The translations under genes and the position numbers were made by a program. From positions 1-62,588 of the forward strand of contig JAJZJF010000004.1 in the NCBI GenBank assembly GCA_021810245.1: a stretch of DNA of 62,588 nucleotides, read 5' to 3'. How positions within the stretch are numbered: position 1 is the stretch's first letter; every line of letters begins with the position of its first letter. Shown here piece by piece: positions 33,001 through 41,665 of the stretch. Under the pieces are notes generated by a model. The model was not told the DNA's origin and ran no database searches. It was given only the letters and a program-made list of their open reading frames with translations. Origin of the DNA: a bacterium (lineage in GTDB: Bacteria; Elusimicrobiota; Elusimicrobia; UBA1565; UBA9628).

Positions 33001-35546
33001 GATAGATTTTGTCCCGAGACTGTTTGGCCTTGCAGTATGGAAACGTTAGACAACGATTGGGTGACGACGCTAATGGCCCCCGAAGGCAAAATTTCCGGAT
33101 AATATCCGTAGACATTGTAAGCTGGAGAGGTGCTTTGCCTGACTTGGAGGCTAAAGGTCCCATCTTCCTTGCTTGAAGTCGAGTAGTAAGAGATTCCGGT
33201 TAAAGATGCGGAGCTAAGATTGGGCGGGCCGCTGGGCAAGGTATCGGTCGTCACCACGATCAGAACGCCGGTGGATATGGGGTTTCCCTTGTAAGTCACG
33301 TTCCCGCTGATCGTTCCCAAGGCCCCGGTGATGGTAAATGTTCCCACGAAAACAGTTTGGCCTGAAAGAGCGTTGGCCGAAACGACCACGGGATTTGAAA
33401 CCTCAGTGCTGTCGAGCGGAATGCGCACGGTATAGGTTCCCGTGGCAAGGTTGACCGTTTGGAAATGCCCGGTGGCATCGGTCACTTCTTGATCTTGAGT
33501 GTTTCCATTAGAATCAATGGCGCTCATGGGAATTCCCTCAAGACCGTTGATTCCGTCCCGGGTCACCCATCCGCTGAGCCGGCCGCCTTGGGTCAGAGTA
33601 AAGTTGATCCCGCTTTCAATTTGACCCGGCAAGACCGTGATGGCATTAGAAGACATTGAAACATAATTGGCGTTCAGGGAAGATGGGTTAGCCGTGACAT
33701 CGGTCATTCCACTGGAAACGCGCAATAAATATCTTCCAGTTGAAACGTTAGCGAAGCTATCTGATCCCGCGGCGGAAACTTCGATGGCGGTCGGTATTGA
33801 AATGGGATTGCCGTTGGCGTCGGTCACGGTTCCCGAGATAAAGCCGGAATTGGGAGTTTGATTGAGAATGCTCATCGTGCTTGGAAAAACATAGACGGAA
33901 TTGGAAGCGGCGATGGTGACGCTGTCATTTTCCGTCTCGTAAGATGAACTGGTAATCACCACGCTCCAGGTTCCGGTCGCCACATTAATGAGGTTGAAAG
34001 CGGCCGCCGGAGGATTCCCGGAAATAAATGCCTCGGTTGAGGAAGAGAGCCCGTCATTCGATGTGATGACCGCCCCAATGGCGGGAACTCCCGCGATGAC
34101 GGTTGTGCCAGGAAGCAAGGAATCATTAGGCGGATATTGGATGCCTATCGTAGACAAGGCCGGATTGGCGTTTCCGGGATAGGCGAAATCAGCGGCATTG
34201 TTTCCGGAATTATAGGCGCGCCCAAATGCGGCGCTCGCGAAAGCGGGGCTCGATGTCCTCACGATTTCTTGTCCGGCCGCAAGCCCGCCGCTGGGCTGCG
34301 GGATGCAGGTTCCATTACAGTAACTAGGATTATGCGTTGATCCGTTGTTGGTCCATCCCACCGCGTCTATCGTGTTTCCGGAAGCATTCGTTATCCAGAT
34401 CGTTCCACTGTGTCCGCGCGCCATGATGTCTTCCGCCGAGGGCGGAGTCCAGTTGTAAGCGGAAGGCGTGCAGCTGAGATTGGCGTTATCGGCGTAATAG
34501 GCGTCGGCGGAAATTGAACTACCGTCAACCGTAAAGGTCGCGGTGTTGGCGATTAAATAATACTCCTCCGGCGCGATATTATCCGTGACGTAGGTCAAGG
34601 GGATGTTGGAGCATTGGGTGGCATTATAGCCGGAAACGTAGTTGAGTTCGATATTTCCGTTAATTGCGATTGTATTAGTCGTCGGATTGAAGAGTTCGAC
34701 ATATTCCACGTCATAGTCATTGGCTTGGGGGGTTGAAACGACGATTTGACTGATGACGAGATTTGGCTCAATCCAAGCGTCTCCAGTGACTGTTCCAGAA
34801 CTCATCGGAGTCAGGGAAAAATTGACCGTGATGGTGTTGTTCGCGGGAACGGATTGAAAAGAATACCCCGTGAAATATCCCGGGGCGGAGGCGACTAAGT
34901 TAAAACTTCCGGGAGACAGCGAAATCGAATAGAGGCCGGAGGCATTGGTTAAGCTGCTCCAACCGAGATCTTCGGCGACGTCTACGTTGGCGCCGGCGAT
35001 AGGGTTTCCCGTTGTCGCGTCCGAGACAGTTCCGGTCAGTGAAGAATTTGCCTCCACGGTATCCGGGTTGGACATCACGCTGTTTAAGGAAAGATATTGC
35101 GTTTGACTGTCTTGAGTCCAGGTGACGGTGACGGTAATTTGGCGCATTCCCGTGTCCGGAGTGGTCGGGGGGAGAGTCGTCAATGTCCCATTTTTATCCA
35201 TCACCACTTGAATATCGGTGTAGCGCGTAAAATTAACCCCGCCTTCAAGGAGCGTTTCCGGAGGGAAATTGACCGTATCGTAAGGCGTTCCATTGGACAA
35301 AAAAGAAGGGTTAAGAGTTGGAATGACGTTAGGGTAGGACTCCTCTTCTATGATTTGAATCTGTTCCTGCGCGAGGTTGGCGGCGAGGGTTTTATCCCGA
35401 GACATTTGAATTGAACGCTGAACATCCCGAAAAGACGCGACCAGCCCTAAAGTCGCCACTGAAAGAATGCCCAAGGCGATCATCATTTCAACCAGGCTTG
35501 CCCCGCCCTGGCTTTTTAAGGCATTTTCGCCTTTTAAATGCCCCAT
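32994..35546 (-). CDS. giant prepilin-type (PilV-like) protein with lamin-tail domain and CarboxypepD_reg-like repeats (paralogue of 21357..24011)
   Basis: 850 aa. GG-ASLVEMMIALGILSV, LAANLAQEQIQII, LTGTVSD..GANVDV..GLYSISLSPGSFNLVASAPGY. LTD signature LVISQIV...VEYVELFNPT. Confidence 0.8.
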   Translation of the reverse strand: MGHLKGENALKSQGGASLVEMMIALGILSVATLGLVASFRDVQRSIQMSRDKTLAANLAQEQIQIIEEESYPNVIPTLNPSFLSNGTPYDTVNFPPETLLEGGVNFTRYTDIQVVMDKNGTLTTLPPTTPDTGMRQITVTVTWTQDSQTQYLSLNSVMSNPDTVEANSSLTGTVSDATTGNPIAGANVDVAEDLGWSSLTNASGLYSISLSPGSFNLVASAPGYFTGYSFQSVPANNTITVNFSLTPMSSGTVTGDAWIEPNLVISQIVVSTPQANDYDVEYVELFNPTTNTIAINGNIELNYVSGYNATQCSNIPLTYVTDNIAPEEYYLIANTATFTVDGSSISADAYYADNANLSCTPSAYNWTPPSAEDIMARGHSGTIWITNASGNTIDAVGWTNNGSTHNPSYCNGTCIPQPSGGLAAGQEIVRTSSPAFASAAFGRAYNSGNNAADFAYPGNANPALSTIGIQYPPNDSLLPGTTVIAGVPAIGAVITSNDGLSSSTEAFISGNPPAAAFNLINVATGTWSVVITSSSYETENDSVTIAASNSVYVFPSTMSILNQTPNSGFISGTVTDANGNPISIPTAIEVSAAGSDSFANVSTGRYLLRVSSGMTDVTANPSSLNANYVSMSSNAITVLPGQIESGINFTLTQGGRLSGWVTRDGINGLEGIPMSAIDSNGNTQDQEVTDATGHFQTVNLATGTYTVRIPLDSTEVSNPVVVSANALSGQTVFVGTFTITGALGTISGNVTYKGNPISTGVLIVVTTDTLPSGPPNLSSASLTGISYYSTSSKEDGTFSLQVRQSTSPAYNVYGYYPEILPSGAISVVTQSLSNVSILQGQTVSGQNLSW

Positions 35547-35552
35547 CTTAGA

Positions 35553-35580
35553 AGTGTAACAGACAAATATCGGAAGTCAA
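35553..35580 (-). promoter_or_regulatory. sigma70-type promoter of pilin cassette 2 (apparently leaderless)
   Basis: On the minus strand: TTGACT (35580-35575), 16-nt spacer, TACACT (35558-35553), then TCTAAG and ATG at 35546. Confidence 0.65.
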
Positions 35581-35626
35581 TAGATATCGGCAATGGGAGA
35601 GAAACTGATAAAATACAGAGGTCTCT

Positions 35627-36304
35627 ATGAACCATCCACTCCAATTGGGCGTTCTTGGCGCCTTAGGCCGCATGGGAAAACGCGTTTGCGCCTTGGCCTC
35701 AAAAGATCCGCGCTTTCATTTAGCGGCCTTAATTCATCGCGAGAACTTCGCGCAAATCCCTTGGTCGGGATTGGATGTTGTCATTGATTTCTCATCGCCC
35801 AAAGGATCATTATCCATTCTAAAAAAAGCCGCCTTGGAAAAAGTTCCGGTGGTCATCGGAGTCACGGGATTTTCTTCGGATCAGATATCTCAAATTAAAG
35901 TAGTCTCCCGCAAAATTCCAGTTTTCCTCGCTTCTAATTTCAGCCCGGGAATTTTTTGGATGAAGCGTTTGGTAAGCGAAATCTCCCGCGCCTTGCCGCG
36001 CTATGATATGTCAATTCTCGAAGTCCATCACAAGGCTAAAAAAGACGCGCCTTCGGGAACCGCCAAGGATATCGCTCAGCTTTTGGACGGCAAGGCTAAA
36101 ATCCATTCCTTGCGAGTGGGAGATATTGTGGGAGAGCATACTGTGGTTTTGGCGGGGCCTTTTGAGCGTCTGGAGATAACCCATCGCGCGCACAGCCGGG
36201 ATGTTTTCGCGCTCGGAGCCTTAGAGGCCGCTTTTTGGCTCAAGAGACAATGCCCCGGGCTTTACGGCATGGAAGATTTATTTAGGAAAAATGCGAAGGC
36301 TTAA
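35627..36304 (+). CDS. dapB: 4-hydroxy-tetrahydrodipicolinate reductase
   Basis: GVLGALGRMGK NAD(P)-binding motif, VIGVTGF, and EVHHKAKKDAPSGTA signature. Confidence 0.9.
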   Translation: MNHPLQLGVLGALGRMGKRVCALASKDPRFHLAALIHRENFAQIPWSGLDVVIDFSSPKGSLSILKKAALEKVPVVIGVTGFSSDQISQIKVVSRKIPVFLASNFSPGIFWMKRLVSEISRALPRYDMSILEVHHKAKKDAPSGTAKDIAQLLDGKAKIHSLRVGDIVGEHTVVLAGPFERLEITHRAHSRDVFALGALEAAFWLKRQCPGLYGMEDLFRKNAKA

Positions 36305-36680
36305 ATCTCTTGCTTCTTTTTGCGCGCGCTGGATTGGGGAAGACGATGATTCCTCGCGGCCGATTTACGATCCCGTCCATTTAGCGGCGGTTTTAGTTGG
36401 AAGCCTGGCCGCCCTCGGCGCTCTTTATTGGCTTTTATGGACGCTTTTGGTTTATGATGGCGGCCTCTTTTCTAAAGTGTTGCCCTTCTTTCATGTTCTG
36501 ATCGGCTCTAAAACCTTGGCCGATTATGGCTATTACGGTTCTCCCTACCAGATGGGAGCGTTCCGCGGTTGGATGGGAAATCTTGGAGCGCTCATCATTT
36601 TAGTCGGGATTATCATTGTTTTATACCGCGGTTACCAGGAAGCCGCGGGAAAGGCAAAAGAAGATCGTGAAAGCCGTTGA
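36291..36680 (+). CDS. hypothetical membrane protein
   Basis: 129-aa ORF with two or three hydrophobic helices. Overlaps both neighbours. Confidence 0.5.
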   Translation: MRRLKSLASFCARWIGEDDDSSRPIYDPVHLAAVLVGSLAALGALYWLLWTLLVYDGGLFSKVLPFFHVLIGSKTLADYGYYGSPYQMGAFRGWMGNLGALIILVGIIIVLYRGYQEAAGKAKEDRESR

Positions 36681-37155
36681 CTGTTTGATCGCCTTGGGAA
36701 GTAATAGTGGCAACCGCCTTTCTCATCTTAGACAGGCCGTTTCAGATATCGACAAAATTCCTGGAGTTAAGGTCTTGAAAAAATCCCGGGTTTACCAGAC
36801 CCAACCCTTGGGCCCAAGCCGCCGAGATTTTCTCAATTGCGCGCTCAAAATAAGAACAACAAAAACGGCAATGGGACTCCTAATTGAGTTTAAGCGCCTT
36901 GAATTTTTGTCGGGGCGCAAGTCGGGAAAGCGCTGGGGGCCAAGGCCTTTGGACATTGACTTAATTACCTACGGAAACGCGAGAATCAAAACTCCTTGGC
37001 TGACGGTTCCTCATTCTGAGGCCGCGAAAAGGGCTTTTGTCTTGGTCCCGTTGTCTGACATCGTGCCTAAGGTAAAATTAGGCTCTGGCGCGACCGTTCA
37101 AGAAGCCTTGTCTCGGTTGAAGGATGTTTCCCGAACTGTTAAATTATTCTCATGA
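36667..37155 (+). CDS. folK: 2-amino-4-hydroxy-6-hydroxymethyldihydropteridine diphosphokinase
   Basis: HPPK motifs IALGSN, VYQTQP, RWGPRPLDIDLI. Start is uncertain: GTG 36667 is chosen, and the ORF opens at ATG 36616 inside the upstream gene. Confidence 0.8.
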   Translation: MKAVDCLIALGSNSGNRLSHLRQAVSDIDKIPGVKVLKKSRVYQTQPLGPSRRDFLNCALKIRTTKTAMGLLIEFKRLEFLSGRKSGKRWGPRPLDIDLITYGNARIKTPWLTVPHSEAAKRAFVLVPLSDIVPKVKLGSGATVQEALSRLKDVSRTVKLFS

Positions 37156-37955
37156 AGACTCCCTTGTCCCTTATCGAAATGAAGAGAAAAGGCGAAAAAA
37201 TCGCCGCCTTAACCGCCTATGATTATCCCACGGCCCAGATTGTCAGCTTAAGCGGCGTGGATGTGGTCCTGGTTGGGGATTCTTTGGGGATGGTCAAGCT
37301 GGGTTACGAGAGTACCCTTCCGGTTTCAATGGAAGAGATGATTCACCATGTAAAGGCCGTTAAGCGCGGAATTTCCGGGCCGCTTTTGGTCGCGGATATG
37401 CCGTATCTCAGCTACGAAATCGAGATTAAGGAAGCCCTTAAAAATGCCGGGCGCTTGATTAAAGAAGGCGGAGCCCAGGCGGTCAAAATAGAAGGGGGGG
37501 AAGCGATCATTTCTGTCGTCAAGGAACTTTTGAAAATCCATATTCCCGTGATGGGACATTTGGGGCTCACTCCGCAATCTGTCAATCGCCTGGGCGGATA
37601 TAAGGTGCAAGGGCGGGATTCAAAAAGCGCGAAAAAAATTTTAGCGGAGGCAAAACTGCTTGAGAAAGCGGGCATTTTTGCCTTGGTTTTAGAATGCGTG
37701 CCGGCTGATTTGGCGAAAAAAATCACGGCGGCTGTTTCGATTCCCACGATTGGAATTGGGGCCGGCCCTTTTTGCGACGGTCAGATTTTGGTCTCCGACG
37801 ATTTGTGGGGCCTTAGCGCGGGGCCCGCGCTTAAATTCGTCAAACGCTACGCGAATTTGCGGGAGATCATGATTGAATCGGCCCAGCGCTATTCTCAAGA
37901 AGTCAGAAAAGGCGCTTTCCCCGCTTCTGAACACTCCTTTTCATCGAAAGGATAA
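37152..37955 (+). CDS. panB: 3-methyl-2-oxobutanoate hydroxymethyltransferase
   Basis: 267 aa. PanB-like LTAYDYPTA, VGDSLGMV, KIEGG, GHLGLTPQS. Confidence 0.9.
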   Translation: MKTPLSLIEMKRKGEKIAALTAYDYPTAQIVSLSGVDVVLVGDSLGMVKLGYESTLPVSMEEMIHHVKAVKRGISGPLLVADMPYLSYEIEIKEALKNAGRLIKEGGAQAVKIEGGEAIISVVKELLKIHIPVMGHLGLTPQSVNRLGGYKVQGRDSKSAKKILAEAKLLEKAGIFALVLECVPADLAKKITAAVSIPTIGIGAGPFCDGQILVSDDLWGLSAGPALKFVKRYANLREIMIESAQRYSQEVRKGAFPASEHSFSSKG

Positions 37956-37956
37956 A

Positions 37957-38958
37957 ATGGGCGTCTTCTCCCTTGATCGCCCGCGCCGGATTTTGATGTT
38001 CTATCCGCGCCGCATCGGCGATTGGGTTGTGACCACTCCTTTTTTGCGCGGCCTTAGGCAAAAATTTCCCGAGGCCGAAATCGTCGCGGTCGCTTCGGCT
38101 AAAAGCGCGGCGGTCATGCCGCTGATTCCTTTTATTGACCGCTTCCACGTTCTAGGCCGGCCTGAAAATATCGGGCAAAATTTCGGGTTGTTAAAATTTT
38201 TATTAACCTCGGGGACTTGGGACCTCTATATCGATCTTGATCCTAATCCCGCTTTCTCCAGAGGAGGGTGGATTTTTTCTTTTTTGACTCGCGCTGGAAT
38301 CAAGGCGGGGTTTGCTAGAGCTGGAAACGAGGGGTTTGAGATTCGAGCTCATTTCCCGGAAGGGGAATGCCCGATGCTTGAGAGATACGCTATTTTCGCC
38401 CGCGCGATGGACATCCCGTATCAGGCTCGTACGGAATTGCGCGCATTTCCCGAAGATGAAAAAATGGCCGAGCGCGAAATTGAAAGCCTAAATCTTGCGA
38501 GGCCCCGAATCTTGATTCACCCCGGAGATTTAAAACGGGAATCGGGAGTGCGGTGGCAGATGGAAAAATTCGCGGACTTAGGAAAGCGCCTTCGCTCTGA
38601 AAATTGTTCGCTCTTTTTTCTCGCTGGCCCCGGAGAAAGGCCGTGGGTTCAAAACTTGGCCGCTCAAATCGGAATAGGCCCATCCTATGTCATAGGCCCT
38701 AGGCCTTTAAAAGAAGCCGCCGCCTTTATGCGCCAGGCGGACTTATTTGTCTCCAGTCTCAATGGTTCTTCTCACGTCGCCGCTGCTCTGGGGGTTCCAA
38801 CCCTTTCCCTTTACATGGGCTATGATTGGAAGATTTGGCGCATTACGGGCGACCGTCATTTCGGGCTCGTAGGAGACGAGAGAAATTGTCGCGCCATCGC
38901 TGCCGAACAGGTCTACGCATCCATTAAGAAGATCACGGATAGGGCATCTTTAGAATGA
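37957..38958 (+). CDS. glycosyltransferase family 9 (heptosyltransferase-like)
   Basis: N-terminal RILMFYPRRIGDWVVTTPFLRGLRQKFPEAEI is typical of GT9. Start set at ATG 37957, 2 nt after the panB stop. Confidence 0.7.
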   Translation: MGVFSLDRPRRILMFYPRRIGDWVVTTPFLRGLRQKFPEAEIVAVASAKSAAVMPLIPFIDRFHVLGRPENIGQNFGLLKFLLTSGTWDLYIDLDPNPAFSRGGWIFSFLTRAGIKAGFARAGNEGFEIRAHFPEGECPMLERYAIFARAMDIPYQARTELRAFPEDEKMAEREIESLNLARPRILIHPGDLKRESGVRWQMEKFADLGKRLRSENCSLFFLAGPGERPWVQNLAAQIGIGPSYVIGPRPLKEAAAFMRQADLFVSSLNGSSHVAAALGVPTLSLYMGYDWKIWRITGDRHFGLVGDERNCRAIAAEQVYASIKKITDRASLE

Positions 38959-39782
38959 AGAGCCCTAGCGTCGCGGTTTTAGTTCGAGTTCATCAGAGAA
39001 CCCAGGACCTTAAGGTCTGTCTTGAAGTCATTCGCAAATATTGGAAGATTTATGATTATCATGTCGTCGTTGTTTCTAATGGCGTCAAGAATGGATATGA
39101 AATTTCGGATGAAATCCGAGCTTTAGCCGATAAAGTTATAGAGTTAGAACCCTTGGAACATATTTCAGGTTCTTCCCAACTCCTTCTTGAGGGGCTTGAG
39201 TTTATTCCAGATCAATTTAAATACGCCGTTTTATTGGAAGCCGATACCTGGGTTTTTTCAGATAAGCTGATCGCTCAATATATTCGATTGATGCAGGCTC
39301 AAAAAGCGGTTTGGGCGAGCGCGGAATGGATCAAGAAGGTTCACTCGCTTGCGCTGGATTTTGCGGTCGTGGAAACGCGGTTTCTAAAAAACAACCCTAA
39401 TATTTTTAAATTTAAAAAAATGCCTGAAAGTTTTGTCTGCAATTATCTGCGTTCTTGCCGGGGCCGCTATTTATTTATCTCTGAATGCATGCCTGTTCAT
39501 TTCCCGAAATTTATGCGCTTGTTTTATGATTCAAAAACAGGGAGAATGCATAGCTTTAGCCGAGCGCAGATGGTGACCCATCACTTGGAAGATCTTGATG
39601 GAGAAATGGAAGAGAAAAAAAATCTCGCAAATATCGCCGCCGGATTTAAGGCATTCAATACAGGGCAGACTCCGAGCGATATCCGAGCCGGGCGATTGAG
39701 GCTAAAACTCGTCGAATTGGCGATGAAAATTATGCCTCAATCCCGTTGGATTAAGCCCAAAAAAACCCAGGGGATGGATTAA
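38955..39782 (+). CDS. hypothetical protein
   Basis: 275-aa ORF translationally coupled to the GT9 gene. No clear motifs. An envelope-glycan role is suggested by context only. Confidence 0.5.
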   Translation: MKSPSVAVLVRVHQRTQDLKVCLEVIRKYWKIYDYHVVVVSNGVKNGYEISDEIRALADKVIELEPLEHISGSSQLLLEGLEFIPDQFKYAVLLEADTWVFSDKLIAQYIRLMQAQKAVWASAEWIKKVHSLALDFAVVETRFLKNNPNIFKFKKMPESFVCNYLRSCRGRYLFISECMPVHFPKFMRLFYDSKTGRMHSFSRAQMVTHHLEDLDGEMEEKKNLANIAAGFKAFNTGQTPSDIRAGRLRLKLVELAMKIMPQSRWIKPKKTQGMD

Positions 39783-39870
39783 AAATAGAGCTTTGAGTTT
39801 GCTTTTCCTAAATTTAGTTATAATAAAGTTGTAGCGCGCATTTGGGAATAATTGCGCTGGGAGGCACTTT

Positions 39871-40710
39871 ATGAGCAAGACGGCGATGGTTCAAAATGAC
39901 GTGGCTGATTTTAAGCCGGTGGCCAAGCAGTTGCGGGTAGATATCATTCGGATGATTGAGGCCGCGGGCTCCGGGCACCCCGGGGGCTCTTTATCGGTTA
40001 TCGATCTTCTGACGGTTCTTTATCTGAAATTTTTGCGCCATGAGCCCAAGCGCCCGGATTGGCCGGAGAGAGATCGCGTGATTCTTTCCAAGGGACATGC
40101 CTGTCCCGCCCTTTATGCGGTGATGGCTTACAGCGGATATTTCCCTAAGGAAAATTTAATGACGCTGAGAAAACTGGGAAGCCCTCTTCAGGGCCATCCC
40201 GATCGCTTAAGGCTTCCCGGAATCGAATTTTCAAGCGGCTCTTTGGGTCAAGGCCTCTCGGTGGGGATCGGAATGGCGCTGGCCGCGAAATTAGACAAGA
40301 AGGATTTCAAGACCTATGTCATCTTGGGCGACGGCGAGATTCAAGAAGGACAATGCTGGGAAGCCTTTATGGCGGCTCCAAGATTTAAGCTCGACAACCT
40401 GATTATGATTTTAGATCACAATAACGGCCAAATTGACGGGCATGTAGATGAGGTGATGCCTATCGATCCGATGGAAGACAAACTCAAATCTTTCGGGTGG
40501 GAAGTTTCATCCATTGATGGCCATGATTTTGCGCAGATTGAGAAGGCTTTCACTCAAGCGCAAAAGGCCAATGGAGTGCCGCACGCCATTGTCGCTAAAA
40601 CAGTCAAAGGCAAGGGCGTAAGCTTCATGGAAAACGTCATTGCTTGGCACGGAAAAGCTCCTAATAAAGAGGAAGCGGACCGCGCCGTGGAGGAGATACT
40701 CAATGCCTAA
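39871..40710 (+). CDS. tkt: transketolase, N-terminal (thiamine diphosphate-binding) subunit
   Basis: GSGHPGGSLS, SKGHACPALY and GDGEIQEG motifs. Split-gene arrangement. Confidence 0.9.
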   Translation: MSKTAMVQNDVADFKPVAKQLRVDIIRMIEAAGSGHPGGSLSVIDLLTVLYLKFLRHEPKRPDWPERDRVILSKGHACPALYAVMAYSGYFPKENLMTLRKLGSPLQGHPDRLRLPGIEFSSGSLGQGLSVGIGMALAAKLDKKDFKTYVILGDGEIQEGQCWEAFMAAPRFKLDNLIMILDHNNGQIDGHVDEVMPIDPMEDKLKSFGWEVSSIDGHDFAQIEKAFTQAQKANGVPHAIVAKTVKGKGVSFMENVIAWHGKAPNKEEADRAVEEILNA

Positions 40711-41644
40711 AGCGACTCGTGAATCTTTCGGAGAAGCGCTGTCGGAGTTGGCTCCGGCTAATCCTCGGTTGGTGGTTCTGGACGCGGATTTGTCCAAATC
40801 CACGATGACCCAGGATTTTAAGAAGAAATTTCCGGAACGCCATTTTGATTTCGGAATCGCCGAACATAATATGATCGGCGCGGCGGCGGGCCTGGCTTTG
40901 TGTGGGAAAGTTCCCTTTGCCGCGAGTTTCGCCTGTTTTTTGATCGGGAGACTTGAGACGATACGCATTGCCGTGGCTTACAATAAGACCAACGTCAAAC
41001 TGGTTGGAACGCACGCGGGACTTGGAATTGGAGATGATGGGGCGTCTCAAATGGGACTGGAAGATATCGCGGCCATGCGGGCTCTGCCCAACATGGCGGT
41101 TTTGCAGCCGGCCGACGCGGTTGAAACCAAGCAGGCGGTCTCTTGGGCTTTAGCGCATGACGGCCCGGTTTATTTGAGACTCACCCGCCAAAAGCTCGAA
41201 GATGTTCACGACGCGAGCTATCGTTTTGCCTTTGGCGTTCCCGATACTGTTTGGGAGCCGGAATCAAAGCCTCGGCATTACCAAGCGACGGTGTTTTCTT
41301 CCGGAGGAACGGTAGGGCCGGCGATTCATGCGGCCAAAGGCCTCTTGGAGAAAGGGTTTAAAGTGCGGGTGGTCAACGTGGCGACTTTGTCTCCCTTTGG
41401 CCCCGATTCTATCGAGAAGTTTGCGTTGGACAGCTCTCGCTTCGTTACGGTGGAAGATCATAACATCAATGGCGGATTGGGGAGCGCTGTTTGTGAAGCC
41501 ATGTCTCAACTTAAAACCCCGGTCCAGGTCGTGAGATTGGGGGTTCATTCCTTTGGCGAATCGGGAACCGGGGAAGAACTTTATCACAAACACGGCCTTT
41601 CCGCTCCGCATATTGTCGAGGCTTGTCTTAAAAACCTCGATTAG
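40703..41644 (+). CDS. tkt: transketolase, C-terminal (pyrimidine-binding) subunit
   Basis: FGIAEHNMIG and GDDGASQMGLEDIA motifs. ATG 40703 overlaps the upstream stop. Confidence 0.9.
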   Translation: MPKATRESFGEALSELAPANPRLVVLDADLSKSTMTQDFKKKFPERHFDFGIAEHNMIGAAAGLALCGKVPFAASFACFLIGRLETIRIAVAYNKTNVKLVGTHAGLGIGDDGASQMGLEDIAAMRALPNMAVLQPADAVETKQAVSWALAHDGPVYLRLTRQKLEDVHDASYRFAFGVPDTVWEPESKPRHYQATVFSSGGTVGPAIHAAKGLLEKGFKVRVVNVATLSPFGPDSIEKFALDSSRFVTVEDHNINGGLGSAVCEAMSQLKTPVQVVRLGVHSFGESGTGEELYHKHGLSAPHIVEACLKNLD

Positions 41645-41665
41645 CGCTTTGAGCTATAAATTCTT

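Noticed and set aside
21357-35546. The two inverted pilin cassettes could be arms of an invertible or recombining phase-variation switch.
   Set aside because: Similarity is at the protein level only. Spot-checked conserved segments, such as the YVELFNPT region, are about three-quarters identical in DNA, with no long identical tracts. No site-specific recombinase gene is in the window.
39801-39824. A consensus TATAAT at 39819-39824 upstream of the transketolase genes, as a promoter.
   Set aside because: The -10 is perfect, but the best -35 candidates (TTGCTT, TTTGCT) give 14-15 nt spacers. This is too weak to annotate without TSS data.
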